A stretch of DNA of 64,000 nt from NCBI GenBank assembly GCA_050273025.1, contig CP158635.1:186001-250000 (forward strand), written 5' to 3'. The DNA is from Cenococcum geophilum. Its lineage: Eukaryota. Below, in pieces: positions 1 to 13,727 of this stretch. Positions within the stretch are counted from its first letter, which is position 1; the number at the start of each line of letters is the position of its first letter. The position numbers and the translations under genes are program-made. Under the pieces are notes generated by a model. That model ran no database searches and had not been told where the DNA came from. It was given only the letters and a program-made list of their open reading frames with translations.

Positions 1-3000
1 ATAATTAATATAGGTGCCTTTAAGAAGTCTACTATAGGTTACGGACAATACCTTATATATAAAACCACCACAAATAACAATACGGACATTAATACTATGC
101 AAACTAGGGCCGTAAATGTCCAATTCGGCATTAGCTTAACAGCATTAATTAGATTAGTTAAAGTCAAAACTCCAATTAGCCTAGTTAACTTCCATATAGT
201 AAAAGCGGATATATCTTTCCTACTCTGCCTTACGGATATAGACAGGTTATAGGTCTACTATAACAACGTTATAGACACCTTAATTAGCCCTATAACTAAC
301 CTAGGAAGTAAGTATATTACCCTACTAATTATACAACGATTTAGACACCCGTTCCTTATATAGGGAGAGACTTTACGGACCTATATTTAGGAATCTTTTA
401 ACTATAACCTATACTACCTTACCAGTACTGAAATCCACTACCTATACTACTGTTTTAGCTACCTGTTAGCCGAAAAGCTATATAGAGTCCTTAAACACTC
501 TAGACACGACAATGTTAATAAAAAGGCAATTAACCACCTAACTAAGTACTGCTCCTTTTACCAGAAATACGGACGTTCCCTAGGCTAATTTAAGTTTACC
601 CTTTATAAGGATCTTAATTTCAACTACTTAGTATATATAGACATTATGTATATTAACGGCAGCCTAGTATTATATATAATTAACAAGGCAACCCGCTATT
701 AAGCCGCCCGTTAGTTATAAAATATATCTATAAAATATACTTAGGATATTTTACGGACCTACTAGATTAATATATACCTTAGACCTCCTAAGTATATTTC
801 CTACAACGCTAGTAAGAACTTCATTAGCAAGGAATTTTAATAGTACGCTATGGCTATAGCTATTTTAACAAAAGCCGTTCTAGTTAAGGCGTACTAGTCT
901 ATTAGGCTTATTAAGCGAGCTTACCTAGCTCTACGGAGAGCTTACTAGATTATTACGGATAAGTATAAGGACATTTAAAAGGAACTAGCTTTACAAATAG
1001 CCGTAAAAGCTATTAACAACACCGCTAGCCCTAATGAATTAGTACCTACCCTCTTGGTTTACGGAGCCTACCTAAAGATAAGTAACCTAGGCCCTTTTAC
1101 CCCATCTATTACAAAATAAGCAGCTATAATACGGAAGGCAATAGCCGAAATAGTTAAATTACGGGCTAAATAAGCTGTTAATAGCGCCTTATATTACCAT
1201 AACGGACCTAACACAACCTTAGTTCATGACCTCCCGCTTAATTCTAAAGTCTTTATATAGCGTAAGAGCGGCAACTAAACTGGACCTTATCGCTTACTAG
1301 CTATAGAAAACAAAACGTACTATATATAACTCCCTAGCGGACCGACTAGCTTTAGAAGCACGTCCGTAAAACCCTATTTTCGGCCTAAAAACACCTATAA
1401 TATCAAACCAGATAAACTAGAAGTACCCACCAAATTAAATAAATTAAAAGCACCCCTACCTACTCCGGAAGCCCCCTATAAACCCACTAAACCTACTAAA
1501 CCTACTATAAAGCGTGGCCGAGGATGCCCCTAAAAGCACCCTATAATAGAGAACCCTATAATAAAAAACCACCTAACCTTCGCAGGCACATCTGTAAGGC
1601 AATCTCCGCCTATAGATATATTAGTTCTAGTATAGGAAACCCCTTTTACAGACTTACGACGCAAAGAGATTAACGGACTTCTTAAGAAGGGCGTCTTTAC
1701 GGTTATAACGGAGAGAGACGTTCCACAAGACGTCCGCATATTTAACTTACACTTTATTAACAAAATTAAGCACCCTAGTACTGATAAAGCCTTTAAAAAG
1801 TTAAGGCTCGTTATACAAGCTTATAATGACTAGGGAAAGGACTTAGTTTTTACGCAATCATCCACAATTTAATAAGTTAGTTAATGGATTATACTTACAC
1901 TTACGCCTAGACTACAGTAAACTAAGCCCGTAGCCCTATACTTACGGGACATCTTATAAGCCTATATATAGTCTAATACCTACCTAAGTAGGGATATCTT
2001 TATACAACTACTCTGCGAGTTTAACCTATAACTAAAAACAATTTTATAGGTTATAAAACCTCTCTACGGAGTACTAGAAGCCGGAAACTATTAGTTTAAG
2101 ACGTATTACTAGCATTACGTTAGTAAACTCAAAATGGAACAGTTGACCTACAACCCCTACCTCCTATACACCCCATTAAACGGCCTTAGTATTATTGGAC
2201 TTTAAATAAATAATACCCTCTTCCTAGTAGACTAAACCTTTATAGATACTAAAGAAATTAAACTATAAAAGGCTAAGTTCTTAATAAAGCCGTAAGAGTA
2301 GTTAACTAAGCAGAATCTAATTAAGTTTAATAGAGGCCTAATTATATAAAAGGGCAACCTAATTAAGCTAACTTAGGAACGCTAAGCTTAAAACCTAAAG
2401 CCCGTTATAGTAAAGCCTACGGACCTTACTAGTTCCCGTAGAGAGACCCATAAAACCGTAAATATAAAGGACTAATACGCTATATAGCGTGCAAGAGGCG
2501 CCTATATTACTATAGTCTATTAACCTAAATCTGCCTATAATTTATCCTTTATAGCCTAGGCAATAGACCCGCAAGAGGAAAATATTAAATAGCTTAATAA
2601 GCGCATTTAGTGGCAAATTAACAATGCAGTAAGGGGATTTACTTTTATACCACTAGACCTAAATTCCCTTAGCTTACTAGCATTTACAGACGCCTCTTTT
2701 ACTAATAATAAAGACTTATTATTATAAATCGGCTTTATAATTATACTTACGGACTATAATTAGGACGTAAATATACTATACTGGTCTTTAATTAAGTGCA
2801 AACAAGTAACCCGTAGTGTACTAGCTTCTAAACTATATACACTAGCTTATAGATTTAATATAACAGCCGCAATTAAATTAACGGTCTAGAAGATTTTATA
2901 ACTAGAGTAGTTACCCCTGGTTTTATACACCAATTTAAAGTCCCTCTATAACTGCCTAGTTAAACTAGGTACGATATAAGAGAAGAGGCTTATAGTCGAC

Positions 3001-3177
3001 CTAATATGCTTATATTAGGTCTATAAACGACATAAGATTATAGAGGTTAAATAGATTAGCAGCGGAGATAACCTAGCAGACGCTATAACTAAGGCAAAGC
3101 CGTACTAAGCTCTTAAACCCCTAATTAATACAAATAAGCTTAACCTAAGGGTTATAAAATAGGTGGAATGAGACTAA
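1..3177 (+). pseudogene. Copia A1 pol (PR-INT-RT-RNaseH), many RIP stop codons
   Basis: Motifs as listed for A1; frame ends ...VEWVERD* at 3175-3177. Confidence 0.88.
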
Positions 3178-3427
3178 CGGAACACTTATAGTTTATTTAC
3201 GGCCCGTCGGAAGGCCGTACGGTTTATTCACGGCCCGTTAAAAGGCCGCACGGTTTATTTTATAGACCGTAAGCAGGACTTACAGCTAGCTTAGAGCACC
3301 GTTTAGGAGGCAGCCCAGAAGGCACCTTAGGAGGGATTTCCTATATATTTCCTTACGTGTTTTATGGTTCTATTAAGGCAATTACGGAGGCTGTATATAA
3401 GTGGTTTTATTTTCTAAGTACTGCTAA

Positions 3428-3644
3428 TATATAGTTATAGCACCTGGTATACGAACGCGTATTTACGCGTTCATGCACCAACCACCTACGTGCTGACTAA
3501 TTAGGGGGGGGCGCGTCAGTATATAGACCACGTAGTCTACCTTAATAGAATTAACAGTTACTACTATCCTAAAGAGTATACAATACTATACGTATTTCGT
3601 GCCCCGGGATATAACTCACTTATATTATTAAATTAGTATAAATA
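3428..3644 (+). repeat. 3' LTR of Copia A1 (217 bp)
   Basis: Homologous to the reverse complement of 40992-41211 (TGT...AACA termini, RIP'd here to TAT...AATA). Homology stops at 3644, where Gypsy C sequence GGACTATAAAATAG begins. Confidence 0.85.
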
Positions 3645-6379
3645 GGACTATAAAATAGAGTTGGAACTAGGAATAAGTTTAAGGTTCTTTATAACCTATA
3701 AACTTACTAAAGAAGAATTTAAAGTACTTAAAGAGTTTATCTAAGAGAACTTATAAAAGGGGTATATTAAACCATCGCAGTTATTAGCGGGTTATCTAGT
3801 ATTGTTCGTACTAAAGAAGAACGGAAAACTTAGACTATATATTAACTATAGATAGTTAAATAGCATTACTTAAAAGAATAGGTATCCTTTACCCTTAATT
3901 AGCGAAATTTAAGATTAGATAGGTAATACGTAAATCTTTATAAAGATAGATCTAAGATAGGTGTACCATTAGATTAGAATTAAGGAAGGCGATAAATAAA
4001 AGGCAGCCTTTAAGTTAAGAGAAGGACTATATAAACTATTAGTTATGTAATTTAGGTTAATAAATACTCTAGTAATATTTTAAAAAAGAATTAATAACGT
4101 GTTAGGAGAACACCTTAATAAGTTTATTATAGTATACCTTAACGATATTATTATTTATTTAATAACTAAAGAAGAATATAAAGAATATGTTAAATGGGTT
4201 TTAAGGAGACTACAGGAAGAATAAATGCTAGTAATAATTAAGAAATGCGAGTTCTTTATAAGGAAGACTGATTTTGTTAGATTTATTATTAAACTAGGTT
4301 ATATTAGTATAGACCTAAAGAAAATTAAAGCTATAGTAAGTTGGTAAGAACTAGAAAATATAATATAGTTAAGGTTATTTTTAGGGGTTTGCAATTAATA
4401 TAGAAGGTTTATAGCATAATGGTTAAAGAATATTAAACCTTTTACTAGGCTTATAAAGAAAGAGGAACTATAGGTATAAAGAGACGAATAAAGAAAGCTG
4501 TTTAAGGAACTTAAGGAGCTATTTACCTAGGAGCTAATCCTTAAAATTTACTAACTAGGATTAGATACGGTTGTGAAAATAGATATATTAGACTATATAC
4601 TAGAAGTATACTTATTATAGAAGTATAAGGATATATAGTATCTAGTAGCATACTATAATCGGAAGATAATACTATTAGAGTTAAACTATAACGTTTATAA
4701 TAAGGAGTTATTAGGTATAGTTATAGCACTAAAGAAATAGAGAGTATTCTTATAAGGCGTAGAAAAAACTATTTATAGTTAAGACGGATTATAAGAACCT
4801 AACGGGGTTCCTAATAATAAAAGAACTTAATTATAAATAGGTTAGATAGGTAGAGATACTTATAAAATACCATTTTAAGATTTAGTATACTAAAGGGACT
4901 AAGAATGTAGGGGTAGATATACTTAGTAAAAGAGCTAAACTATAAAACGATAAGAAACTATTAGGAGCAATACTATACAGAGATAAGGATGGATTAATTA
5001 GATATAATTACCCTAAGCTAGTAGCAACTTAAGAGAATAATAAACTAGAAAGAATCTACGAGATACTAGAGAGCTTTTAGGCGTAAAGAATTCTAAAAGC
5101 ATAACTAGAAGATCTATAAATGAATATATACGAAAATCGAGAAGTAAAGTATATTCTAAAGAGTATAGTAGAGTATTTTGTAAAAGATTTCTATAAGGGA
5201 ATAACTTAAGGACACAACGGAGTAATAGGCTTAGTATTAAGACTTTAGAAAGAATATATTATTAATAGAATTTAAGGTATAGCTAGAAAAAGGAGTGTTT
5301 AGATTACTAAAGGAATAAACTAATAAGGCATAAGCTATATAGAGGGCTATAACCCATTAAAATACTAGAGAGACTATAGGAGGTTATATTATAGGACTTT
5401 ATTATTAAGTTATTAGAGTTAAGAGATCCTATTACCGGATAAGAGTATAACGCGATCTTAGTAATAGTGTATAAGTTAACTAAGTAGGGCTACTTCGTAG
5501 CATATATAGAAGAAATCTCAGCGGAAGATATCACTAAAATCTATATTAAAGAAGTGTTTATAAGATATGGAGTACTAAGTAAAATTATATTAGATAGAGA
5601 TCTAAGATTTATAACAGTATTTTAGGAGGTATTCTTAGTAGAGTAAGGAGTTAGAGCAGTAACTTCTACTATATATTATCCGCAGACGGACAGATAAATA
5701 GAAAGATTAAATTAGACACTAAAGTAGTATTTAAAATATTATATTAATTACACGCAGAATAATTAGGTATTACTATTACTAGTTATATAGTTTATATACA
5801 ATATAACACTATAAGAAGGAATAGGTATATTACTATTTAAGGTAAACTACGGATATAAACTAAGAATATCGTTATTACTATAATAAGTAAAGAAAATAAG
5901 TAGTATAGCTAAAGAAAGAATAAAGACGTTAATAAATCTTTATATAGACTTTATAGAATTAGCGAAAAAGGTATTATAACACTAAGAGATCTAAGGGACT
6001 AGATCTTAAGGAGGGAGATAAAGTGTGGTTACTATACAAAATTTTTAAGAGTTGACAACTAAGTAAGAAGTTAAACTATATTAGACTAGGACCTTTTAAA
6101 ATTATATAAAGGATTTTACTAGTTATATTTAAGTTAAACCTACTAGCTAAAATAAAAATATACTCTATATAGTATATTATAATGCTAGAGCTAGTATACG
6201 GGAATATTAAGCTACTAGTTTATAAAGAAGACATATATAGAGGATAAGAAGAAGATAAATAGTAAGTTTTAAAGATTATTAGTTATAAGGATATTAACAA
6301 TAAAATATAGTATAAGGTTAAGTAGGTAGGTTATAATAAAACTACCTAAAAACTACTAGAGAATCTAAAAAAACACTAG

Positions 6380-7029
6380 GAGAAAGGTATAGAAGTATTA
6401 GAAGAAATTAAGTTAGATAGTATTAATAAAAAAAGGATCGCTAAAGAATAAGTTACCTAAGGGGGACCTAAAAAGAGTAGTTGCTAAACTACTTAGATCT
6501 ATTTCCTTCTTAGTTAGAAAAAAAATCCGTTTTTTTATTGCTAAGTTCTTATAAACCTTATTCTATAAGTTTTTACTTTTTAAAATAGACACTTTTACGA
6601 ACCTTCTTAAGATAAAGTAACTAAGTAAATGCCGCAATATAAGCATTTAAGGCCTTCTGTTCTGTATTATAAGAATATTCTAACTTAATAAGAGCTTAGG
6701 ATAACTTGCTATTAAGATAAGTAGTAATAAATTAAATACAAGACCCTAAGATAAATTAACTAGGGAACTAGACGACTATTAAGAATAATAAAACGCGTAT
6801 ATTTAGTATTAGAAGTAGAGTAAACGTTATAGGATAAACAAATATTTGCTTTAGTGCACTTTAAATAAGAGGATAATTATTATAAAAAAGGACTTACTAA
6901 CGCAATATAGACTAACCCCTTTTTCGTATAATAAGAACACAGAGATGGTATAATTTCACTAAGCGATAATATTGCAGTAACGGTATAGGTATAACATTAG
7001 GCGTATAAACAAGAAGAAGCTTTAGGTAT
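6380..7029 (-). pseudogene. Antisense accessory gene of Gypsy C1: Zn(II)2Cys6-like motif plus helical C-terminus, one 55-nt intron (6800-6746)
   Basis: Minus strand from 7029 reads (M)PKASS...PSLCSY(C)TKKGLV(C)...SS(C)LKCTKANI...S(C)NV; (C) = TAT/TAC from RIP of TGT/TGC. Same frame and intron as copy C2. 3' end approximate. Confidence 0.65.
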
Positions 7030-7137
7030 AATAAGTAACGATATTAACTAAATTAATTAGACAGATATTATACCTCTAGTAGATAACTTAGAGATATTAA
7101 GAGTCTTTAAGGACAAAGATAGAAAGGAGGGAGATAG

Positions 7138-7542
7138 TATTATGAAGGCTTTAAGTACAATATTATAACTACTAGGAAAGGAGTTAGAAGCAGCTAGTTA
7201 GTTAATTAAGGCATAGTCTAAGATAGAACTAGTAGAACTATATAATGAGGAATAGTAGCCAAGGTTATATAATATATTATATATTAAACGAAAGGAATAA
7301 GAGGAATATATATACCTTATATATAAGGCGTACCTTACGTATAGGGAGGATTTCTTAGGAGTACGGTTGTGTATTTAAAGGACTATAGTCCCTACCCAGA
7401 TAGTTCTTCTTAGAATATAATTAGAGTTAATCTGTTAGGCAACTACTCTACTAGTTATTATTACGTTATTAACTTCTTATTTACCTATATACCTAGCCCA
7501 TTAATAAGTCTACCGTAGTTCCTACTATTAGGCTTTATTACA
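7138..7542 (+). repeat. 3' LTR of Gypsy C1 (405 bp)
   Basis: Follows the PPT; homologous to 54144-54567 and 61850-62273 with a different central segment. Confidence 0.88.
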
Positions 7543-7829
7543 TTTTATTAAATAGTATATAAATATAAGAACTAAGTTATAGAATAGCTAACTTATCGCT
7601 ACTAAGCATATAAAGGTAGAGAACTTATTAAGCTTACTATAAAGCGAGTTTTTAATTTTAATTTAACGTATATATATATACAAACGACAATAAGATACTC
7701 TTAATATAGAAGTAACTAGATAGAAAAATAATACTAAGTTAAGGAAATCCTAATTAACGCCTTAATTCTTAACGCTAGAAAACAAGAACGTAATTATAAA
7801 AATCTTTTCTTATAAGAAATTTCTTATTT

Positions 7830-9702
7830 CTTTAGCTTCTTAGAGGCTCTATTTATAGTCTAATTTACCTTTCTCTTACGTGTCCCTCTTCTTAATAGAT
7901 TTTCTAATTTATTATCTAGCGCCTTTCCTAGTGAGTTTCTTTACTTACTACTTTAAGCTATCTCTATTATAATATCCTTAAGCAGTATATATATCCTAGT
8001 ATAACAATAGAGGTAATGTAGATTTTTAGTATAGTATAATATAAGTCTCTTATACGGTATAGCCACTACTAAAACCTAGGTAGGATACTAACATATTACT
8101 ATAATAGGACTATATAAAGATATAATTCCTTTATAACTAGGGTTTTGGAGATATATTATATCCTTTATTATATAATAAGTAGGTAACCAAGATATAAAAT
8201 ACCTTACTTATCTACTTAAGATTTTAGCGTTAGAAATTATTAATACTTTAAATGGATGTATAGGGACTAAACCATTCTCTACTTAATTATTGGTATTGCT
8301 AAATAGTATAGGTGTCTTATAAATATACCTTTAGGTACTAGCGAAATATATTTAGAACCTATAACTGTATTTATTTACTAAGATAAGCCCTTAATATAGT
8401 TCCCCCTAGGTTAAGGCAAGCCTATCTTAGCCTCGCCATAGTCCTTTATTAGCTTAGGTAAGTCTATCTTAGTTTTGCTATAGCCTTTTAAACCCCTAAA
8501 GTAATTAAGGTATATTTTTTATATACTCGCCTAAACCGTATCCTCTTATATATCGTCCTTTATATTATTGTCCTTTTTGTAAAAACTGGCCTTATTAAGT
8601 ATTTAGGTAGGTATATAAGGTATTTACTCCTATATATAACTAAAAGGCTATAATTTTTTCTCATCCTTATTATTAGATGCCGCGTCTTTAGCATTAATAT
8701 AATTCTAGGGTTTAAGGTTTCTAATAGGTTAATGATTAGGTATATTATCTCCGGGACGGTAATATATAGTGATTTTTTTTACTAATTAATGACCTATAGG
8801 TTATATTAGCAATATATCTAAGCTTAGTTAAGGTAATATATATAATATCTAGTATTCCTATAAAGATTATAAGGGGTATATAGTTAAGAGGTTAGATTTA
8901 AAGGTAAGTCAATTTAATAGCATATAAGAACTAGAAGTACAACGTTTATATTCTATTTCTCTTTTAGGGCAGAGTTAGAATAGAAGGTAAAAGGAAAAGG
9001 TAGAGTATACTGGCCGCCCTTTTCTACCCTATATAGTGTCTATAGTACAATATTTAGTAGCTATAATTACTCTTAGCTTATATATTATCTGCGCCTAAGA
9101 CTATAAGCGCCTAGAGCGATCGATAAGTAAGGCATTATTAAAAGTAGCTATTAGCTAGGCTGTTGCTAAATTTAAATAGCTAACGATCCCTAACAGACGC
9201 TATATACCTTAGTAGGATTTAAAAGCGTTTATATAAAGTTATAAACTAGAATTAGAAGTTAATAATAACCCCTAAAAACACATCTCTTAGCAGGAATAGC
9301 ATTATATAAGCAACTTCCGACGCCTATTCTTCTTGGGGTAAAATACTACCTAAGTAATAGACTTATCCTAGCCAGTTAATCTTATATATTAACCCCCTAT
9401 CTATAGTAAAGGATCTATTAGTGCCTATAGGGTAGTTTAATTAGTATTTTATCTAAGCCCTTTATAAGCGCTCCGCCTTATATAAGCGGTAATTAACTCC
9501 TATTAATCTGCCTTATATTAAGGGAGATCTTTTACTTAAGGCGCTAAGCAGCCGGTACTTAGAGGTCTATAGGCTTATTTTATATCCTAATAATATCGAC
9601 TATAATTTCTTCTTAAGTAGTATCCTATAACCCTAAGTACCTATAAGTATAGCATCCCTAAATTATTAGCTAGTAAGTAGGCGTTTATAGACAATATTAG
9701 CA
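7830..9702 (-). pseudogene. Unidentified RIP-degraded coding-like segment(s) in the backbone
   Basis: Minus-strand stretches de-RIP to plausible protein text, ending in a basic NLS-like RRGTRKRKV...KKLKK near 7830-7890. No family recognised; limits approximate. Confidence 0.3.
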
Positions 9703-9717
9703 TTTTATTAGGGTACT

Positions 9718-9950
9718 AAGATCCTAGAGGCCTTCTAATAGGATTTTAATTATCCTAGAGGTCCTAGAGGTCCTAGTAGGCTCCTAAAAGGCTTCTAATA
9801 GGATTTTAATTGTCCTAATCGTCCTAGTTGCCCTAATAGGCTTCTGCTAGGATCTTTGATTTTCCTAATTGTATTATTAGGGTCTTATTAGGTCCTAATA
9901 GGAAACTAGTATTTTCTAATCGTCCTATTAGGTTCCTGGCAGGATACCCC
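9718..9950. repeat. Array of short CCTAGAGG / CCTAATAGG motifs
   Basis: Repeated GTCCTAGAG and CCTAATAGG units; a similar array in the same orientation lies at 13381-13540. Confidence 0.6.
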
Positions 9951-9969
9951 CTAAGTAATACCCCTCCTA

Positions 9970-12020
9970 CAGTAAAAACTCTTTAGTACGATACGGTTTA
10001 TACGGCTGAGCGTATCGTTATAATAAGGGTATTGCTATATTTAATATTTGTATGTCAATTATACTAAAGGTTAAAATTATATAATAATATCTTATATCTA
10101 CATGCGCGACGTTAAAATTAATTAATTAGCTACACTAAAATAAGTCGTAATTGAGTTTTACTTGGTGTTGCAAATTCGTCGCCCTTATATTTAACGATTG
10201 TGCTTTATAAGAGCTGTAATTAAGTCTTTATTACTATCTTCCTATTATTCCTTATAAAGATAAAGCTTTTATAAGGCTTGCAAGGCCTTATTAATCTTAA
10301 TTTAAGGTTATATAAAGTTGTCCTTATCTATCTCTGTATCTCTATTAAGCTCTATATAGAGCTCTACTACGTACTTAATAAGATCTTTAATTAAATCCTC
10401 TACCTCCTTACCTAGAAGCTTAATAAAATTGCGAATATTTATGACGTTACGAACTCTTCCTGCCGTACGTAACTATTCTGCTATTTACTATATCTTACCT
10501 AAAACGGGAGGATTAATATAATTGTAAGGGCGGCTTTATAGGCCCTCTTTATACTAAATAAGGTAGATTTAATAAAGTAACTCTTAATTGCCTATAGTAT
10601 TACCTCCTTCTAAGTAGTAATTGCCTATTAAATCGCCTAAAGGACGTGTATCTGCTTAATTAGATCCCGGTTCTTTAGTAAGTGTTCTACTATAAACTAT
10701 AGCTAATATTGTTAGTAGAGAGCTTTAAAGTTTATAATTATTCCTTAATTAAGTAGCTAGTAAATAGATATAAAATTAGGAGGAAGGAACTTAACTCTTA
10801 TATTCTTTAAAGATTTGTTTTTAAGAGCTATTTAAACAGCTACTTAGTAAGCGCTAAAGCTGTTAATTAATAAAAGAACCTTTCTATTCTATATCCTCTT
10901 ATTAAACTAAGTAAGCTACTTAAGTATAATTACGGTTGTTATTTAGGCCTTCTTATTATACCTCTAATATTTATTTAACGAGTTAATATTAATTTAAGCT
11001 TAGGTAAAGTAACGTAGCCGCATTAATATACTAATAATCCAGAGAGGGATCTTATTAGAGCCATTTATATTAGAGCAGTTAGTAAGAGAAAGTTTTACTT
11101 TCTACTTCTTTGTTCCTAATTATAACTTAGTAGCTAGTATAGTATCTAGTATAGCCTTCTAAAATAGCCTAGTCTTATCTATATTATAAATATTCTTTAA
11201 AGAATAAGGCGTAACGGCTATATAAAGCTCTATTATATAATCTTTAGCGCCTTCTATATTAACTAATGCAGCCTTACCGTACTGCTTTCTCTTACGGATT
11301 CCGTTGCGAGATTTAAAGCCTTCTAACTAGCTAATTAACTACTTAGGCTTTAGTAGCTCTAATAATATAGGTATATAATTTTATAATTAAGTCGCGGTAG
11401 CATAAATAAGATCGCCCGTAATAGGAATGCGTAAGTTTTATAGGCGTTAGTGCTACTTAAAGAGAGCCTCCTTTAAGAGAGGCTGCTTAGCGTTTCTTCT
11501 ACGCTTATATATATTTTACCTATAATGGATTCTAATTAAATCTAAGTGGCTAAACTTGTTGCTAAGTATTTTAGATATTAAAGATTAATTAAACTTATAG
11601 CGGAAGGTATTGGTAGCCTAAATTGTAAGGTGTTTTTGCATAAGGTTAGGGTGCTTATGTTAGTGTCTACGGATCTTCTAGCGCTCGTAGTTAGAAATAC
11701 TATAGTAATAACGCCTTTTAGGATTTTAGCTTTTTGCTATATTAAGGAGGTAGAATTAAGTATAGAGAGTAGGATTTAAAGGCTATTTTAATAGAATTTA
11801 ATTATTATGTGTAAGTATTAATAGCTGAACTAGCGGTAAGGAAACACTAGATTAGCTCTATAAAATACTAGCTATACCGATTTTAGTAGATAAAACTTAA
11901 CAATATTGTTAATAGTTAGTATATTGTAATATTACACCAAAAAAAAATTAATTAAGGGGTGTAGATTGTAATATAGAGTATATTATTATAACCAAATATT
12001 ATACTAAAGAGTTTTTACTG
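9970..12020 (-). mobile_element. Tc1/mariner-superfamily pogo/Tigger-type DNA transposon, full length (2051 bp), RIP-degraded
   Basis: 19-bp perfect TIR CAGTAAAAACTCTTTAGTA (9970-9988) / TACTAAAGAGTTTTTACTG (12002-12020); TA target duplication at 9968-9969 and 12021-12022. Confidence 0.93.
10122..11740 (-). pseudogene. pogo/CENP-B-like transposase (HTH + DDE_1), inactivated
   Basis: De-RIP motifs: N-terminal CENP-B-like HTH region, IYNMDETGLFW (~11160-11195), FLPPNSTSIYQPLDQG (~10740-10790), C-terminal QNSITTYF. At least one frameshift. Confidence 0.85.
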
Positions 12021-12298
12021 TAATACCTAGGCTATTAGGAATATAGCGGGGACCTAATAGCACTATGTCGCACTTAATAGCATTATTTGTCGCGTCCAAT
12101 AGCACTATATCGCGCGCGCGCGTACCTAAGGTGGGGGGGGGTGTCATATTAGGGGTGTTGCTTAAGGGGTATATATATAGGTGTCGCTTTAGGGACACGT
12201 GCCTCTACCAAGTTACCCCCTTTAAGCCACCTTATTTTTTACCCTTTCTTATATCCTCCCTACCTTAGAAGGCACTAGAATAGTAGCTAGTAGAGGAC

Positions 12299-13030
12299 CA
12301 TTACTAAAACTAGACGACCGTTACTAGTACTAGATAACCGTCTTAAAGCTAGACAACTATTACTAGAACTAGATAACTATTACTAAAACTAGATAATAAC
12401 CTTTTAAATAACTAGCCAGCGAATACTACGAACGATTTAATTAATTGATTAATCGGATTAAACCAGAGTTTTAATATTGGCCCATTACCAAATTGCATTA
12501 AGGCGTCCTAGAGAGGCACCCTAAACGACTACCGTTTAAATATATAGCTAGCGAACGGCTATAGAGAACGATTTAAATCAATTAGAGCCTTTAATCGGGC
12601 CAATCCCTCCCCTAAATTAAATTGGATACTAATATAGGCAGGTAAGTAAGAGGTAGGTAAAAGAAGACCGTTATTAAAACTAGAGACCGTCGCCAGAACT
12701 AGACAACCGTCACTAGAGCTAGATAACTGTCGTTAAAGCTAGATTACCGTCGCTAGAGCTAGACAGCCGTCGCTAGAGCCAGATAATAATTGTTTAAATA
12801 ACCAGCTAGCGAATACTACAATTAATTTAATCGATCGATTGAATTAAACTAGAGCCTTAATATTAGCCTATTACCGAACTAAATCGAATTAAGGCCTCCT
12901 AAGGAGGCAGCCTAGATAACTACCGTTTAAATATATAGCTAGCGAACGCCTATAGAGAACGATTTAAATTAATACGATTAACCGAATTAAGTAGAACCTT
13001 TAATTAGGCCAACCTCTCCCCTAAATTATA
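12299..13030. repeat. Two-level tandem repeat: 20-bp units (CTAGACAACCGTCGCCAGAA-like) inside a duplicated ~370-bp block
   Basis: About 5 units at 12301-12400 and about 6 at 12671-12790. Downstream blocks 12405-12617 and 12795-13028 are homologous. Confidence 0.8.
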
Positions 13031-13727
13031 GATATAGACAGATAGGTAGGAATAGGTAGGATAGTAAGATAGGTAGGATAGGCAGAATAGGCAGGATAGG
13101 TAAGATAGGCACTAGGCCTAGTTAGGAAATTAGTATATAGCTAGTAGATTATCGGGAACACCGCTAATTAACAATTTAGAGCCTCTATATAAGGCTTTTT
13201 AGTTAATTACCTAACGCCCAAGTAATTATAGAGCTCTTATAATAGCTACAGGCAGTAAGCAGAAAAGATTAATTTAGATTATTTAGATTATATATAATTA
13301 CATTAATTATATATTTTTTAACTAGCTATAAATACTAGAGTGTTAATATACCATATTTTTAAATTTAGAATTTTTATTATTATCCTAATAGTCCTAATAG
13401 TCCTAGAGGTTCTAGAGGTCTTAGTAGTCTAGGTAACTTCCTAATAGGTTCCTAATAGGATGCTAAGTATAAATATCTCCTAAAGCTCCTAATAGCCCTA
13501 ATAGGAGCTATTAGGAGCTATTAGTACTATTAGGAGGCATAAATATTTTGCTAATAAAAGAAACTAACTTTAGAGATGGCGGCGGTAATATAGAGGTATT
13601 AGCTAGTTAGGAAAGTAACTTTAGTAATAAGGATTAAGAATAGGACGCAGAGATATTATATAATAGAGAAAATGGTTTTAGTACTAAATATTAAAAAATA
13701 GAGGCAGATAGTAATAAAGAGATATTT

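Larger units (their letters stand above)
1..3644 (+). mobile_element. Ty1/Copia LTR retrotransposon family A, copy A1 (5' part outside window), RIP-degraded; inserted into Gypsy C1
   Basis: Frame +1 de-RIPs to protease IIDTGASKKSTAG (1-40), integrase, RT (KSRLVIQAYND ~1798; GLQTDDTL ~2197) and RNase H (RSVLASELY ~2812), in Copia PR-INT-RT-RH order. 3' LTR at 3428-3644. Near-identical inverted copy at 40992-53934. Confidence 0.93.
3645..7542 (+). mobile_element. Ty3/Gypsy chromovirus family C, copy C1 (3' half: RT-RNaseH-INT-chromo, antisense ORF, 3' LTR)
   Basis: Colinear with 58127-62273. RT YLDD region ~4135 (TAC CTT AAC GAT), integrase HPQTDGQ ~5677, chromodomain ~6260-6400, PPT AGAAAGGAGGGAGA, LTR 7138-7542 ending TTACA. 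Confidence 0.92.

Noticed and set aside
3433..3616. Non-canonical AGTTA...TAACT LTR termini for Copia A
   Set aside because: Comparison with A2 extends homology to 3428-3644, giving ordinary TG...CA ends.
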